A DNA stretch of 37,878 nt from a virus (taxonomy: Duplodnaviria; Caudoviricetes): positions 1 to 37,878 of IMG/VR virus record IMGVR_UViG_3300020045_005114; one strand, given 5' to 3'. The notes beneath the pieces are model-generated. The model saw only the letters and a list, made by a program, of their open reading frames with translations, did not search any database and was not told where the DNA came from. Of the stretch, positions 24,695 through 33,052 are shown in pieces. The number at the start of each line of letters is the position of its first letter. Positions within the stretch are counted from its first letter, which is position 1. The translations under genes were made by a program, and so were the position numbers.

Positions 24695-24766
24695 CAAATA
24701 TAAGACTTAATTTCATATATACAACAAAATGATATAAAATAAATGTTATTTATAATTATTCTAAAT
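24695..24766 (-). promoter_or_regulatory. host-type promoter with upstream Fur-box-like palindrome
   Basis: TATATTTG at 24695-24702, TTG 19 bp upstream, ATTTATAATTATTCTAAAT at 24748-24766. Confidence 0.7.
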
Positions 24767-24768
24767 AG

Positions 24769-25095
24769 TTAATAGATTTTAAACTTAATATACTCACTAC
24801 CTTTTTTAACTATTTCCTTGAATACGTGCATCTCGTATATAAATCTGTCGTCAACTCCGTATTTTTTTACTAAACAATCTATAAACGTTTTAATACAATT
24901 ATCTATGTCGCTTGCTTTACTGCTAAAACCAAACTCAATAGCTATCTTTATATTTGTTTCGTCTGGAATAGATAGAGTTTTTGGCAATTGTAATAAACAA
25001 TTTTTAATAAAATAGTCGTACTTGTCCGTCCTGTATTTTCGTCCTTTAAAAGCCTCATTTATTGACAGAGGCTTTATTTGTAAAAGATAATTCAT
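24769..25095 (-). CDS. rusA: RusA-like Holliday junction resolvase
   Basis: PLSIN, SDIDN..K..ID.L, DDR.I motifs. Confidence 0.85.
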   Translation of the reverse strand: MNYLLQIKPLSINEAFKGRKYRTDKYDYFIKNCLLQLPKTLSIPDETNIKIAIEFGFSSKASDIDNCIKTFIDCLVKKYGVDDRFIYEMHVFKEIVKKGSEYIKFKIY

Positions 25096-25097
25096 TG

Positions 25098-25298
25098 TTA
25101 TTTTAAAATCTTAAATAAAGGATAATTTTTAGGTAAATTAAATCCAAATCCAATATAAATTGAATAATTTCCCCAACACAATCCGATTCCAAATATTTTT
25201 ATAACTATTCCATTCATATAAACTCCAAATAAATAAGGTGTAATTGCAAAATCTTCGTTATTTGTTTTTGTATTTTGATAACCTCCTATAATTCTCAT
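25098..25298 (-). CDS. hypothetical protein
   Basis: ORF in operon. Confidence 0.6.
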   Translation of the reverse strand: MRIIGGYQNTKTNNEDFAITPYLFGVYMNGIVIKIFGIGLCWGNYSIYIGFGFNLPKNYPLFKILK

Positions 25299-25315
25299 AA
25301 TTTTTATTTTTTATA

Positions 25316-26158
25316 TTAATAAATTGTTTCAATTAAATAAGGCAAACTATCTTTATTAACATCAAAATCGAATGAATCAAAAGAAACTCCCCTTGCATAT
25401 GGGTTAGATACATTTATAGTCTTATCATCATTTACTTCTAATTCAATAACGCTCTCTGCTTTTTTCAAAACATACGTTCCCAAATGCCCTAAAGGCTTTC
25501 CTGTGGTTCCTGATTTATGTATCACAGTAGTAACGTGTATATTATAATCATAAGTCCATTTCAATAGATAGTCGCTGGCTTCTTTTGACATCACAATATC
25601 ATTAGTATTTTCAACTAAATCCGCAATCCCATCAATTGAAACTAATTTTACAGGACTTTTATAAAGTTCTTTTTGATTTTTCAAGCAATAATCAATCAAT
25701 AATAATCTTTGTGTAGAAGATAACTGCCTTGTTGTATAACATTTATAGTTTTCATATTGCACAGCTGTAATATCCTGCACCCGTCTAAATGTCCTTTGAG
25801 CGTAATATTTACCCTGTTCCGTATCAAAGTCTAAAATGGTATAATCAGTATCACGATGTCCTTTAATATTACCAAATAATACATTAGAATTACCACCAAT
25901 ATAACAAGCTAAGAAAGCACTTTTTAAGAAAGATTTCTTTGCTTTTGAAACCGCAATAATTGCACTAAATTCCCCAGCAGTCATCACAGCAGTTGGGTAT
26001 ATTTTATTCTTATATTCGTGCGTTCCAATAGATAAAAGTATCTCTGGAGCTATCATTTCTTCCGATAAATCTACAAAGCATTCGTTTTGTATAGTCAAAA
26101 AGTCTAAAACCACTTCGCTATCCGTTTTATTTTCTAAGTCATCAAAGTTTAAATCCAT
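25316..26158 (-). CDS. RecA-fold AAA ATPase (RepA/DnaB-like helicase domain)
   Basis: Variant Walker A AVSKAKKS, FDTEQG, IDGIADLV, VIH, GHLG..KKAE. Confidence 0.8.
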   Translation of the reverse strand: MDLNFDDLENKTDSEVVLDFLTIQNECFVDLSEEMIAPEILLSIGTHEYKNKIYPTAVMTAGEFSAIIAVSKAKKSFLKSAFLACYIGGNSNVLFGNIKGHRDTDYTILDFDTEQGKYYAQRTFRRVQDITAVQYENYKCYTTRQLSSTQRLLLIDYCLKNQKELYKSPVKLVSIDGIADLVENTNDIVMSKEASDYLLKWTYDYNIHVTTVIHKSGTTGKPLGHLGTYVLKKAESVIELEVNDDKTINVSNPYARGVSFDSFDFDVNKDSLPYLIETIY

Positions 26159-26181
26159 ATTTTATTAGTGTTTTAATGTTT

Positions 26182-26215
26182 TTGTAATAAATTTATAGCG
26201 GTTAGCGGATAGTTA
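26182..26215 (-). other. attI-like cassette landing site, copy 2
   Basis: Minus strand TAACTATCCGCTAACCGCTATAAATTTATTACAA. Confidence 0.7.
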
Positions 26216-26256
26216 TATTCCAGCTTCGAGCAACTTTGTAACCAAAGCTACTATGG

Positions 26257-26520
26257 CTATAATTTTGATATTTCTGTTTTTACATCGTTCCAGAATTTTA
26301 TTCTTCCGTTATTATACGCATTAGCCATTTTTCTGTAATCAAACCTTTCGTCGATTATTTCATCAGCTACTTTTAACGCATATCTTTTAGCGTCTTTCAT
26401 TGTTATAATATTCTCTTTTTCGTCCATTGGATTTTTCCAAGCGACATTGCTTACTGCATCATAATCAATTTCTATAACGAAATGATTTACTAATTGCTTT
26501 GCTTTTTCTTTTGCTTTCAT
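26257..26520 (-). CDS. hypothetical protein, MTPKEKA family (cargo of C2)
   Basis: MKAKEKA..LV, AL.VADEI, W..VK.EI.KL. Confidence 0.75.
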   Translation of the reverse strand: MKAKEKAKQLVNHFVIEIDYDAVSNVAWKNPMDEKENIITMKDAKRYALKVADEIIDERFDYRKMANAYNNGRIKFWNDVKTEISKL

Positions 26521-26523
26521 AAT

Positions 26524-26913
26524 TTATTTACTTTTTAATTTACATTCTTCACATTGTTTTTTGCAGTATTCTCCGTGATAATTTTTCACAAAAGTTTCGT
26601 TTTTGCAGTAAAAACTTTTATTTTTAAAATCTACTTTTGTTGTTTTCCCTGTTTCATTTTCAGTTAAAATAACTCCAGTTAGTTTGTTTTCGCCATCATC
26701 TGTCCATAAAAAATCACACTTAGCAATTTCAATATTTTTTAAGTTTTTAGTATCGTTTGGGATTTTTTCTCTAACAGCTTTTATTGCTTCATTGTAATAT
26801 ATCAGCCATTGCGCAAAATCATTTATTAATAATTCAATATTATCATCATTTACAATATTGCAAATTTGATTTAGCGTTTTAATCGTGTACGTTTTGTCTT
26901 TTGTGTTTTCCAT
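26524..26913 (-). CDS. hypothetical protein with C-terminal Cys4 module (cargo of C2)
   Basis: C-terminus shared with 2672-2884. Confidence 0.75.
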   Translation of the reverse strand: MENTKDKTYTIKTLNQICNIVNDDNIELLINDFAQWLIYYNEAIKAVREKIPNDTKNLKNIEIAKCDFLWTDDGENKLTGVILTENETGKTTKVDFKNKSFYCKNETFVKNYHGEYCKKQCEECKLKSK

Positions 26914-27020
26914 TTTATTTATTTATTAATTGTTGTAAAAAAAGCCGAGAATATAACAATCACTACAAGCTAGTTGCCGAAGCATTGGAATAAATAGGCA
27001 ACCAGCTTGTAGTTTTAACG

Positions 27021-27518
27021 TTATTTATAATTATCTATTTCTTTTAAAAATTCATTTGCACTATTGAAAAAAGAATTACTCACACTTTCAAATGAAAACT
27101 CTTTTTTTATCAAATCTATTATTTCTTTTTCATTTTCTTGTAATAAATTAATATTACCATTTTCTTTATAGTTTAAATGGTCTAATTCAAAGCCTTTCGA
27201 TAATAAAAATTCTTCTATTTTTTTGCTATTAATATTTTTATGCAAATTTTGCAAATGAAAACATAAAGGTTCTTTTAAAATATCAGATGTGCTTTTTATA
27301 GCTGTTTTAATATTTCCGTGATAATGTAAATTTTGATTAAAAGTATAACATAATAACTTTGCAAATAGTAAATTATCATTAACATACTTTATTTCGCTAT
27401 TTTTAAGCTCGTCATTCAATTGTTTTAACGCTTCTATATCTTCTTTATAGATTTTATCTTTTGAACGTTTAAAGACATTAAAAACTCTTTTTAGTGCGTT
27501 CTCTGTTTTCCAACTCAT
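27021..27518 (-). CDS. hypothetical protein in replication module
   Basis: 165 aa; its stop codon is the TAA of the cassette TAAC. Confidence 0.8.
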   Translation of the reverse strand: MSWKTENALKRVFNVFKRSKDKIYKEDIEALKQLNDELKNSEIKYVNDNLLFAKLLCYTFNQNLHYHGNIKTAIKSTSDILKEPLCFHLQNLHKNINSKKIEEFLLSKGFELDHLNYKENGNINLLQENEKEIIDLIKKEFSFESVSNSFFNSANEFLKEIDNYK

Positions 27519-27736
27519 AATTTTTCTATTTCTTGTTTTAACTCTTTTAGGTTTTTTAATATGTAGTCAGAATATCCATTTAATATCCCTTTTCCATATC
27601 CAAAATGATTAATTGTACCTTGTTCAAGCATTTTATCAACCGCTACTAATGCGCATTTTTTTGCTACGATATAAGGAACTGTATAATCAATTTTAAAATC
27701 CATTACAAATTCTTCTGCTTTTTCTTTTGGTGTCAT
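27515..27736 (-). CDS. hypothetical protein, MTPKEKA family
   Basis: Paralogous motifs. Confidence 0.75.
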   Translation of the reverse strand: MTPKEKAEEFVMDFKIDYTVPYIVAKKCALVAVDKMLEQGTINHFGYGKGILNGYSDYILKNLKELKQEIEKL

Positions 27737-27755
27737 AATTGTTTATTTTTTAAGT

Positions 27756-28412
27756 TTATAAAAGTGGTGTTTTTTTTATTACTGCTTTTCTTTCTTGCTT
27801 GTTAAGCCAATTTATAAAATGTGTGCAATATTCTGTTTTATTTATTTTTTGTTCAAACTGAACGTTTATCATGTCATTGTATTTTTTTAAAAACATTTTA
27901 GTTTCATTAGGATTGAATTTCTGTTTACTTTGCATCGAAGTATTTTCTATCCATGATTCAGATTTAATCAACTCTAAAAAAAATCTATCATTATTATTTT
28001 CTTTTTTAGTTTCTATTTCTATTTCTATTTCTCTTTGCTTCTCGTCAGGCTTCACTAAAGGCTTTTCAATAGGCTTACTAAAAGGCTTTACTAAAGGCTT
28101 GCTTATTTTACCACCCTTTGCCCCTGCACGTACTAATTTTAAACGGTTTTCGCATGATGGAACTGTCAAAATATTATCCTTAAAATGTATTAATTTCAAA
28201 GCGTATAATTTGTTTAAAATAGCTTCTAATTCTTCTTTTTGTACAAAAAACTTTCTAATCCAGATTTCTTTTTTAAATTCTATCTTATTATCGTTCATCA
28301 TTGCGAGGTCTATTATTTCACGATAAAGTCCTCTTTCGGATAATGATAATTCAAAAACATGCTCTGAATTTCCCCAGTCTTTTGGATACCAAGTATATCC
28401 TAATTTAGCCAT
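27756..28412 (-). CDS. replication initiator / replisome organizer (YdaU/DUF1376-like N-terminus)
   Basis: WYPKDW, LS..ERGLY..IID, G.KGG, repeat linker, HF.NWL C-terminus. Confidence 0.7.
   Translation of the reverse strand: MAKLGYTWYPKDWGNSEHVFELSLSERGLYREIIDLAMMNDNKIEFKKEIWIRKFFVQKEELEAILNKLYALKLIHFKDNILTVPSCENRLKLVRAGAKGGKISKPLVKPFSKPIEKPLVKPDEKQREIEIEIETKKENNNDRFFLELIKSESWIENTSMQSKQKFNPNETKMFLKKYNDMINVQFEQKINKTEYCTHFINWLNKQERKAVIKKTPLL
28047..28100. repeat. five AGGCTT iteron-like repeats at 12-bp period (putative origin)
   Basis: AGGCTT at 28047, 28059, 28071, 28083, 28095, next to an AT-rich (ATTTCT)n tract inside the initiator gene. Confidence 0.65.
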
Positions 28413-28425
28413 AATTTTTATAAAT

Positions 28426-28527
28426 AAAAATGCCCTACGAATTGGGAGTGGAGTCCCGCATCGTAAGGCTTTTAAAAAATTTCTTTCAGTGTATTAATGC
28501 TCCACCAATAATACAAATACAAATATA
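28426..28527 (-). promoter_or_regulatory. promoter and structured 5' leader (two hairpins with complementary loops)
   Basis: TATATTTG at 28520-28527; loops GTGGAG and CTCCAC. Confidence 0.7.
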
Positions 28528-28671
28528 ACATTTTATTTAATACCCCAATTAAAATAATCGATTTTTTTTTGTAATTCTTTAGCTTTTATTTTATCAACTT
28601 GCAATAATCTTCGATATTCTTTTTCTATTTCTTTTATATCAAAAGTAGGCTTTGTTTGTTTTTTCATAATA

Positions 28672-28711
28672 CAAATATAATAAAAAACCCGCTACTATTG
28701 TTCACGGGTTA
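28672..28711 (-). promoter_or_regulatory. terminator followed by a host-type -7 promoter element
   Basis: AACCCG...CGGGTT hairpin with A-run; TATATTTG at 28672-28679. Confidence 0.5.
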
Positions 28712-28930
28712 AATTACTCGGATTGTGTATGATTTTAAAGTAAAAAAGATTAATTAATTTAAATTCTCCGAATGGTTAGGTTTTGTGTTTATTTCATTTT
28801 TTCATTTATTATTTTTCTATAAACTTCATTTGCTCGTTCAGAATTACAACCACGTTTGCGGTAAAATTCTAAAATACGTTTAATTCTGGTTAGGTTACTT
28901 TGTTTTGCCATTTATAATATCATTAAAAGT

Positions 28931-29143
28931 TTAATAAATTAGTTCTTTGTATGCTTTTATAACATTTTCAAAATATATTTTTTCCATTGTATCTATTTCA
29001 TTGTCTTTAATTTCTTTTTCACAATATTCTATTTTTGATTTTATCTTATTTAACAATATGTTTTGTTCGTTCTTTTCTAATTCAGAAGCCTTTTTGTTAA
29101 TTAATTCTAAAAAATCTAAAATTATTTTTTTATCTTTTTCCAT
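28931..29143 (-). CDS. hypothetical protein
   Basis: ORF in operon; low complexity. Confidence 0.55.
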   Translation of the reverse strand: MEKDKKIILDFLELINKKASELEKNEQNILLNKIKSKIEYCEKEIKDNEIDTMEKIYFENVIKAYKELIY

Positions 29144-29333
29144 TGGTTATATTTTTTAATTGATTTAAAATATTTTCTTGATTTTTATCCCAATACATAT
29201 CACATGAACCATCTTTATTTATAGGTAATTCAGAAAAATACGATTGTCTATATTCGCTATCTTTTGCGGTAAATCTATAACATGATTCTTTCATATTACA
29301 GTTACCACCTTTACATTTTGTTATATCTGCCAT
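29130..29333 (-). CDS. small Cys-rich phage protein (likely start MADITKC)
   Basis: DITKC.G..C..KESCYRFTA...YRQSYF. Confidence 0.75.
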   Translation of the reverse strand: MADITKCKGGNCNMKESCYRFTAKDSEYRQSYFSELPINKDGSCDMYWDKNQENILNQLKNITNGKR

Positions 29334-29350
29334 AATTATTTTTTTTATTC

Positions 29351-29458
29351 GTTCACGTTTTCGTGAACATTGATTTTTTATGAACATTAATTTTAAATGT
29401 CAAGTTTGTATTGCTAAAAACTTGACATTTTGTAACGTTTTTGTTTATTATTTGTTAC
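29351..29458. repeat. cluster of three adjacent inverted repeats
   Basis: GTTCACG-tttt-CGTGAAC; AAATGTCAAGTTT-N10-AAACTTGACATTT; GTAAC...GTTAC. Confidence 0.7.
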
Positions 29459-29467
29459 GGTTATTCT

Positions 29468-30595
29468 TTAAAATAAATGTGTAATTCTTAAAATCTGTCC
29501 GTTTTCTTTTGAGTGTAAAAATCCTTCAACTGCTTTTTTTGCGTGTTGGTATCCGTTACGGTGATGCCAGCTATCTGTTCCGCTTGGACTTCTTAAACTT
29601 TCAATCGTAATACCAGCATAATCTTTTGATGTCTTGTGGTGTACGTGGTGTGTGTATACGTATCTGTGTTTAGTTTCGCTCCATTCTTTGCTAAATTCTA
29701 CTGCCATCAATAAAGGTAAATCCTGTTGTTTAGCTCCATCTCCGTGAGTAGTTCCAATTAAATTGTCATAATATTTAAATCCCTTTCGGTGCATTATAGA
29801 ACAATCAAAAGTAATGTTTTCACAATTTTTAAAATAGGTTTCTATTACATTTGCTAAAAAGAAACCGTTAGTATAATCGTGATTTGATGGATTAAAAGTA
29901 AAATGTACATCAGCAACGGTTAATAAAATTTCCAAAACATCTACATATAATTGTTTAGCAATTAAGAAATTAGTATGCCACATTCCGTCTGTATCCTGTG
30001 GAGTTCCTGAGGTTGTTAATCTTCTTGGGCTATCGATATGTAAAATATCATTTCCACCTATGAATAAAATTTTATCAATTTTAAAAGAAGATACTTTTTG
30101 TAAAATACCTCTAACGCCATCTAATACACGTTTAACAGCAACCTGATTATTGTAAGTTTCACCACTTTCAAAAGCGCTACATAATTTTCCAATATGAATA
30201 TCCGCTGGGTCTAACACAAGTAAATAAGAATCATTATCTTCAATCCGTTCTAATTTTGGGAACTTAGGCGAATAATTCTTTAAATCATTTATTAAAGTTT
30301 TGCTTAAGTCTTGGAAAAGTTTTTCTTCAGGTTTTACGAACAAAGGATTTGTAACTCTTATGCTTTCTGTTTTTGTTTTTAACCACAACATTGGAGTTGT
30401 GCTTGGGTCAACACTTAGATTGTCACAAGCATTTAAAACGCCTTGATTTGATTTTATAAAAGAAACATATTTTCTTAAATAATCTAATTCAGCATAAGTT
30501 CCATTTGGCAATAATTCATTTGCGATTTGGGTATTATTTTTATTTTCCTTAATCTTTTCGATAATTTCTGGGTTTAAATAATCGTATTTTTTCAT
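29468..30595 (-). CDS. calcineurin-like metallophosphoesterase
   Basis: D.HIGK, GND..H.D, SNHD, HGD, HHVHH motifs. Confidence 0.85.
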   Translation of the reverse strand: MKKYDYLNPEIIEKIKENKNNTQIANELLPNGTYAELDYLRKYVSFIKSNQGVLNACDNLSVDPSTTPMLWLKTKTESIRVTNPLFVKPEEKLFQDLSKTLINDLKNYSPKFPKLERIEDNDSYLLVLDPADIHIGKLCSAFESGETYNNQVAVKRVLDGVRGILQKVSSFKIDKILFIGGNDILHIDSPRRLTTSGTPQDTDGMWHTNFLIAKQLYVDVLEILLTVADVHFTFNPSNHDYTNGFFLANVIETYFKNCENITFDCSIMHRKGFKYYDNLIGTTHGDGAKQQDLPLLMAVEFSKEWSETKHRYVYTHHVHHKTSKDYAGITIESLRSPSGTDSWHHRNGYQHAKKAVEGFLHSKENGQILRITHLF

Positions 30596-30810
30596 AATTT
30601 ATTTAGTTTTTTTACCATTTTTTTTATTAAATCAAATTCAGAATAACATATACTTACCATTCTTTCCGAATGATTATAAATATTTATATCTATTCCCTCT
30701 CCGTTTTTCCATTCAGTAATTTCGATATAACTATGCTCTTTTGCTGTACAATCATATTCTTTTAAATTAGCAAATAGTGAATCTCTTTTGTATTTTTCAA
30801 TTTTTTTCAT
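30592..30810 (-). CDS. hypothetical protein
   Basis: IEITEW.NGEG.DI motif; coupled ORF. Confidence 0.75.
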   Translation of the reverse strand: MKKIEKYKRDSLFANLKEYDCTAKEHSYIEITEWKNGEGIDINIYNHSERMVSICYSEFDLIKKMVKKLNKL

Positions 30811-31264
30811 TTATTATTAATTCTTTATTAGTTGATGTAAAATATATTTTTTTTAATTGATGTAAATATCTAATATTATTTATTATGGTGATAGCGCCAT
30901 TTTCGTTGTTTTGTATTCCTACGGACAACATATTTGAAAATATGTTATCTTTTTTATACCAAAAATAATTTTCTGGTATTTTAAATCCAAATTTTAATAA
31001 TAATTCTTCAGTTAAAAGAATAGGTTTTGTAAAAAAAGAGTTTTCATTTGAAAGCGTAAGTAATTCTTTTTTAACTTCTTTCCAATATTCATTAGTTTTA
31101 ATTTGATTGCAACAAGTTGAAATATCTTTTCTTTTTACGGTAGAATTTAATATTTCATTAACAGCTATTAAAGCATCTTTTTTACATTTTTCTATATTTT
31201 TATCGGTGTAATTATTTAAGCAAAACTTTCCGACTAATTCTATTGCCTTTTCTTTTGGTGTCAT
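30797..31264 (-). CDS. two-module protein: MTPKEKA family plus PI.LTEE.LLKFGF module
   Basis: N-terminal half paralogous to 27515 and 32353; C-terminal half ends in LHQL...YF..T.KEL. Confidence 0.75.
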   Translation of the reverse strand: MTPKEKAIELVGKFCLNNYTDKNIEKCKKDALIAVNEILNSTVKRKDISTCCNQIKTNEYWKEVKKELLTLSNENSFFTKPILLTEELLLKFGFKIPENYFWYKKDNIFSNMLSVGIQNNENGAITIINNIRYLHQLKKIYFTSTNKELIINEKN

Positions 31265-31306
31265 AATTTATTTATTTTCATAGTGAGTTCCATCGTTTCC
31301 ATTTTG

Positions 31307-31612
31307 TCAGACAATATTCATTCTTTTGTTAGTTTGTTCCTCGTTGTACCAAGTGTTTGGTTTTTTAAATTGTTCGAACCATTCTGTAGCTACTTTTTGT
31401 TTCAAATCCTCTGAAAAATACGAACAAAATATATTTACCGTTTTGTTTACAATATCTTCAACTTCTTCCTTACTATAACTTCTTTCGGATTTCCATTTAG
31501 CGCCCTCTTTAAAACCTAATTTCAATGCTTGATAATTATTACTTTCGTGCATTTCAAAATAATTGTGTGCAAAATTTACAGATGCTTCTTCTAATGTTTC
31601 TTTATTTTTCAT
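31307..31612 (-). CDS. hypothetical protein (ETLEEA..F.EGAKW..ERSYS.EEV)
   Basis: ORF in operon. Confidence 0.75.
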   Translation of the reverse strand: MKNKETLEEASVNFAHNYFEMHESNNYQALKLGFKEGAKWKSERSYSKEEVEDIVNKTVNIFCSYFSEDLKQKVATEWFEQFKKPNTWYNEEQTNKRMNIV

Positions 31613-31953
31613 AATTTATTTTTTCTAAGTTCTTGTATTATTTTTTCTAAATATAAAACACTATCCATTTGTTCTTGTTTAGCATGTTCCAACCAATCTA
31701 ATAAACTTAAATCATCTCTATCTAATGTTACACCGTATTTTAATAATCCTACGTTAGAACGGTCTAATAATTGCTTTCTAACTGATTCAACTATTGAGCA
31801 TTGTTTTATTTCTTTAAAATAATTTTGCCAACCATCAGCAAAGCTACATAAAGCACCTGTATCATCTATAAATTTAAGGTTTGGTCTTACATTATAAATT
31901 TTACTATTTGTAGTAAATTCATCGGTTTCTCCTATATATTTATATTGTTTCAT
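31609..31953 (-). CDS. hypothetical protein, possible all-alpha NTP pyrophosphohydrolase-like C-domain
   Basis: RS.VG..KYGVTLDR.DL...DWL.H..QE.MD..LYLEK. Confidence 0.55.
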   Translation of the reverse strand: MKQYKYIGETDEFTTNSKIYNVRPNLKFIDDTGALCSFADGWQNYFKEIKQCSIVESVRKQLLDRSNVGLLKYGVTLDRDDLSLLDWLEHAKQEQMDSVLYLEKIIQELRKNKL

Positions 31954-32147
31954 AATCCTTTTTCTTTTTTGTAAATTTCTAAAAGTTCTTTAACCGTATA
32001 GTCTTTGCAATAATCTTCGCTTAAATCATCAAACCATTCTGCAAATCCAATAGCAAAATCATCAGCTATTTTTTCAATTTTTATTATCTCTTCTTCGGTA
32101 ATTAAAGAATAATAACCAGCTCTTTTAACTTGTTCTTTTAATTTCAT
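31950..32147 (-). CDS. hypothetical protein (FAIGFAEW...KKEKGL family)
   Basis: Paralogue of the 24055-24312 C-terminus. Confidence 0.7.
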   Translation of the reverse strand: MKLKEQVKRAGYYSLITEEEIIKIEKIADDFAIGFAEWFDDLSEDYCKDYTVKELLEIYKKEKGL

Positions 32148-32350
32148 AATTTTTCTATTTTATAATTAATTTTAATATTGTACCCATCTTCAAAGGCTAA
32201 TAATTCTAAGGTGCAGAACTGTATATTTCTATATCCTGTAACCCAGTTAGATAATTTTTGAGCTGATATATTGTGAAATTCAGCGTATTTCTTTTGTGTA
32301 AGTCCTGATATTTTAATCAGTTCTTTTAGTATTGTTTGGTTTTGATTCAT
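32144..32350 (-). CDS. XRE/Cro-like HTH transcriptional regulator
   Basis: GLTQKKYAE...ISAQKLSNW.TG.RN. Confidence 0.8.
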   Translation of the reverse strand: MNQNQTILKELIKISGLTQKKYAEFHNISAQKLSNWVTGYRNIQFCTLELLAFEDGYNIKINYKIEKL

Positions 32351-32352
32351 TG

Positions 32353-32532
32353 TTATAATTTTTCTATTTCTTGTTTAACTTCTTGCCAGTATTGTTGACT
32401 ATAAATGGATGCGTTATCACTTATAACTTCATCAACTGCTATTAAAGCACATTGTTTTACTAAATGATTATTACCTTCGCTTAATATCGAATATTTTAAT
32501 ACTAAATTTTCTGCTTTTTCTTTCGGTGTCAT
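32353..32532 (-). CDS. 59-aa MTPKEKA family protein, not in ORF track
   Basis: MTPKEKAENLV...KQCALIAVDEV...YWQEVKQEIEKL, read manually. Confidence 0.75.
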   Translation of the reverse strand: MTPKEKAENLVLKYSILSEGNNHLVKQCALIAVDEVISDNASIYSQQYWQEVKQEIEKL

Positions 32533-32555
32533 AATTTCTATTTATTTAATTTTAT

Positions 32556-32616
32556 CAAAGATAGTCTTTATATCAACTGGTACAACATAATGATATAATT
32601 TATATTAATTCTAAAT
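32556..32616 (-). promoter_or_regulatory. host-type promoter with upstream Fur-box-like palindrome
   Basis: TATCTTTG at 32556-32563, TTG 19 bp upstream, palindrome at 32598-32616. Confidence 0.7.
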
Positions 32617-32659
32617 AAAAACCCACCGTTTAAAGTGGGTAAATAAGTGGGTGAATAAA

Positions 32660-33034
32660 TTAGAACGGTAAATCGTCTGGTTCGTCTTTGTTAATGTTTG
32701 TTGCTGGTGCAAAAGCTTCAGCAGATGGCATTTCGGTAACTTGTTCTGTCTTAAACACTTTCCACGCTTGTAATGATGTGAAATATTTATCTTTCCATTC
32801 GTTAGTTGATATATTAAAATCAACTTTTACGCTATCCCCAACTTTGTTAAACTTATTAAAGTTTTGCACTTTTTCTTCTCCAAATATCTCAAAGCAAAAT
32901 ATTTGTTTTTTACCGTCGTAACCATCATTATTAGTAACGATAAAGTTTTGCTTTTGCCAATCGGTTCCAGCTTTTGTAACTCCTGATTCTAACGGTAATA
33001 CTTTTTCAATAATCCCTGTAATTTCTAATGACAT
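32660..33034 (-). CDS. DUF3127 family ssDNA-binding protein (allele B)
   Basis: G.I..VLP..SG....W.KQ.F, F.I...EW..KYFT.L.AWKV, DDLPF. Confidence 0.85.
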   Translation of the reverse strand: MSLEITGIIEKVLPLESGVTKAGTDWQKQNFIVTNNDGYDGKKQIFCFEIFGEEKVQNFNKFNKVGDSVKVDFNISTNEWKDKYFTSLQAWKVFKTEQVTEMPSAEAFAPATNINKDEPDDLPF

Positions 33035-33052
33035 AATTTCTGTTTTTAATTG

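Larger units (their letters stand above)
26212..27023 (-). mobile_element. Integron-like cassette C2 (two ORFs; hairpin 26951-27026)
   Basis: Plus strand GTTATATTCCAGCTT (26212) ... AAGCCGAGAATATAAC (26942-26957), then arms ACTACAAGCTAGTTGCC / GGCAACCAGCTTGTAGT and GTTA at 27020. Confidence 0.8.
1..32597 (-). mobile_element. Bacteroidota (Flavobacterium-like) siphophage genome, one unit
   Basis: Terminase, portal, prohead protease, capsid, tail, tape measure, lysis and replication genes present. Bacteroidota TAnnTTTG promoters and DUF3127 present. Position 1 recurs at 32598. No integrase or host genes seen. Confidence 0.93.
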
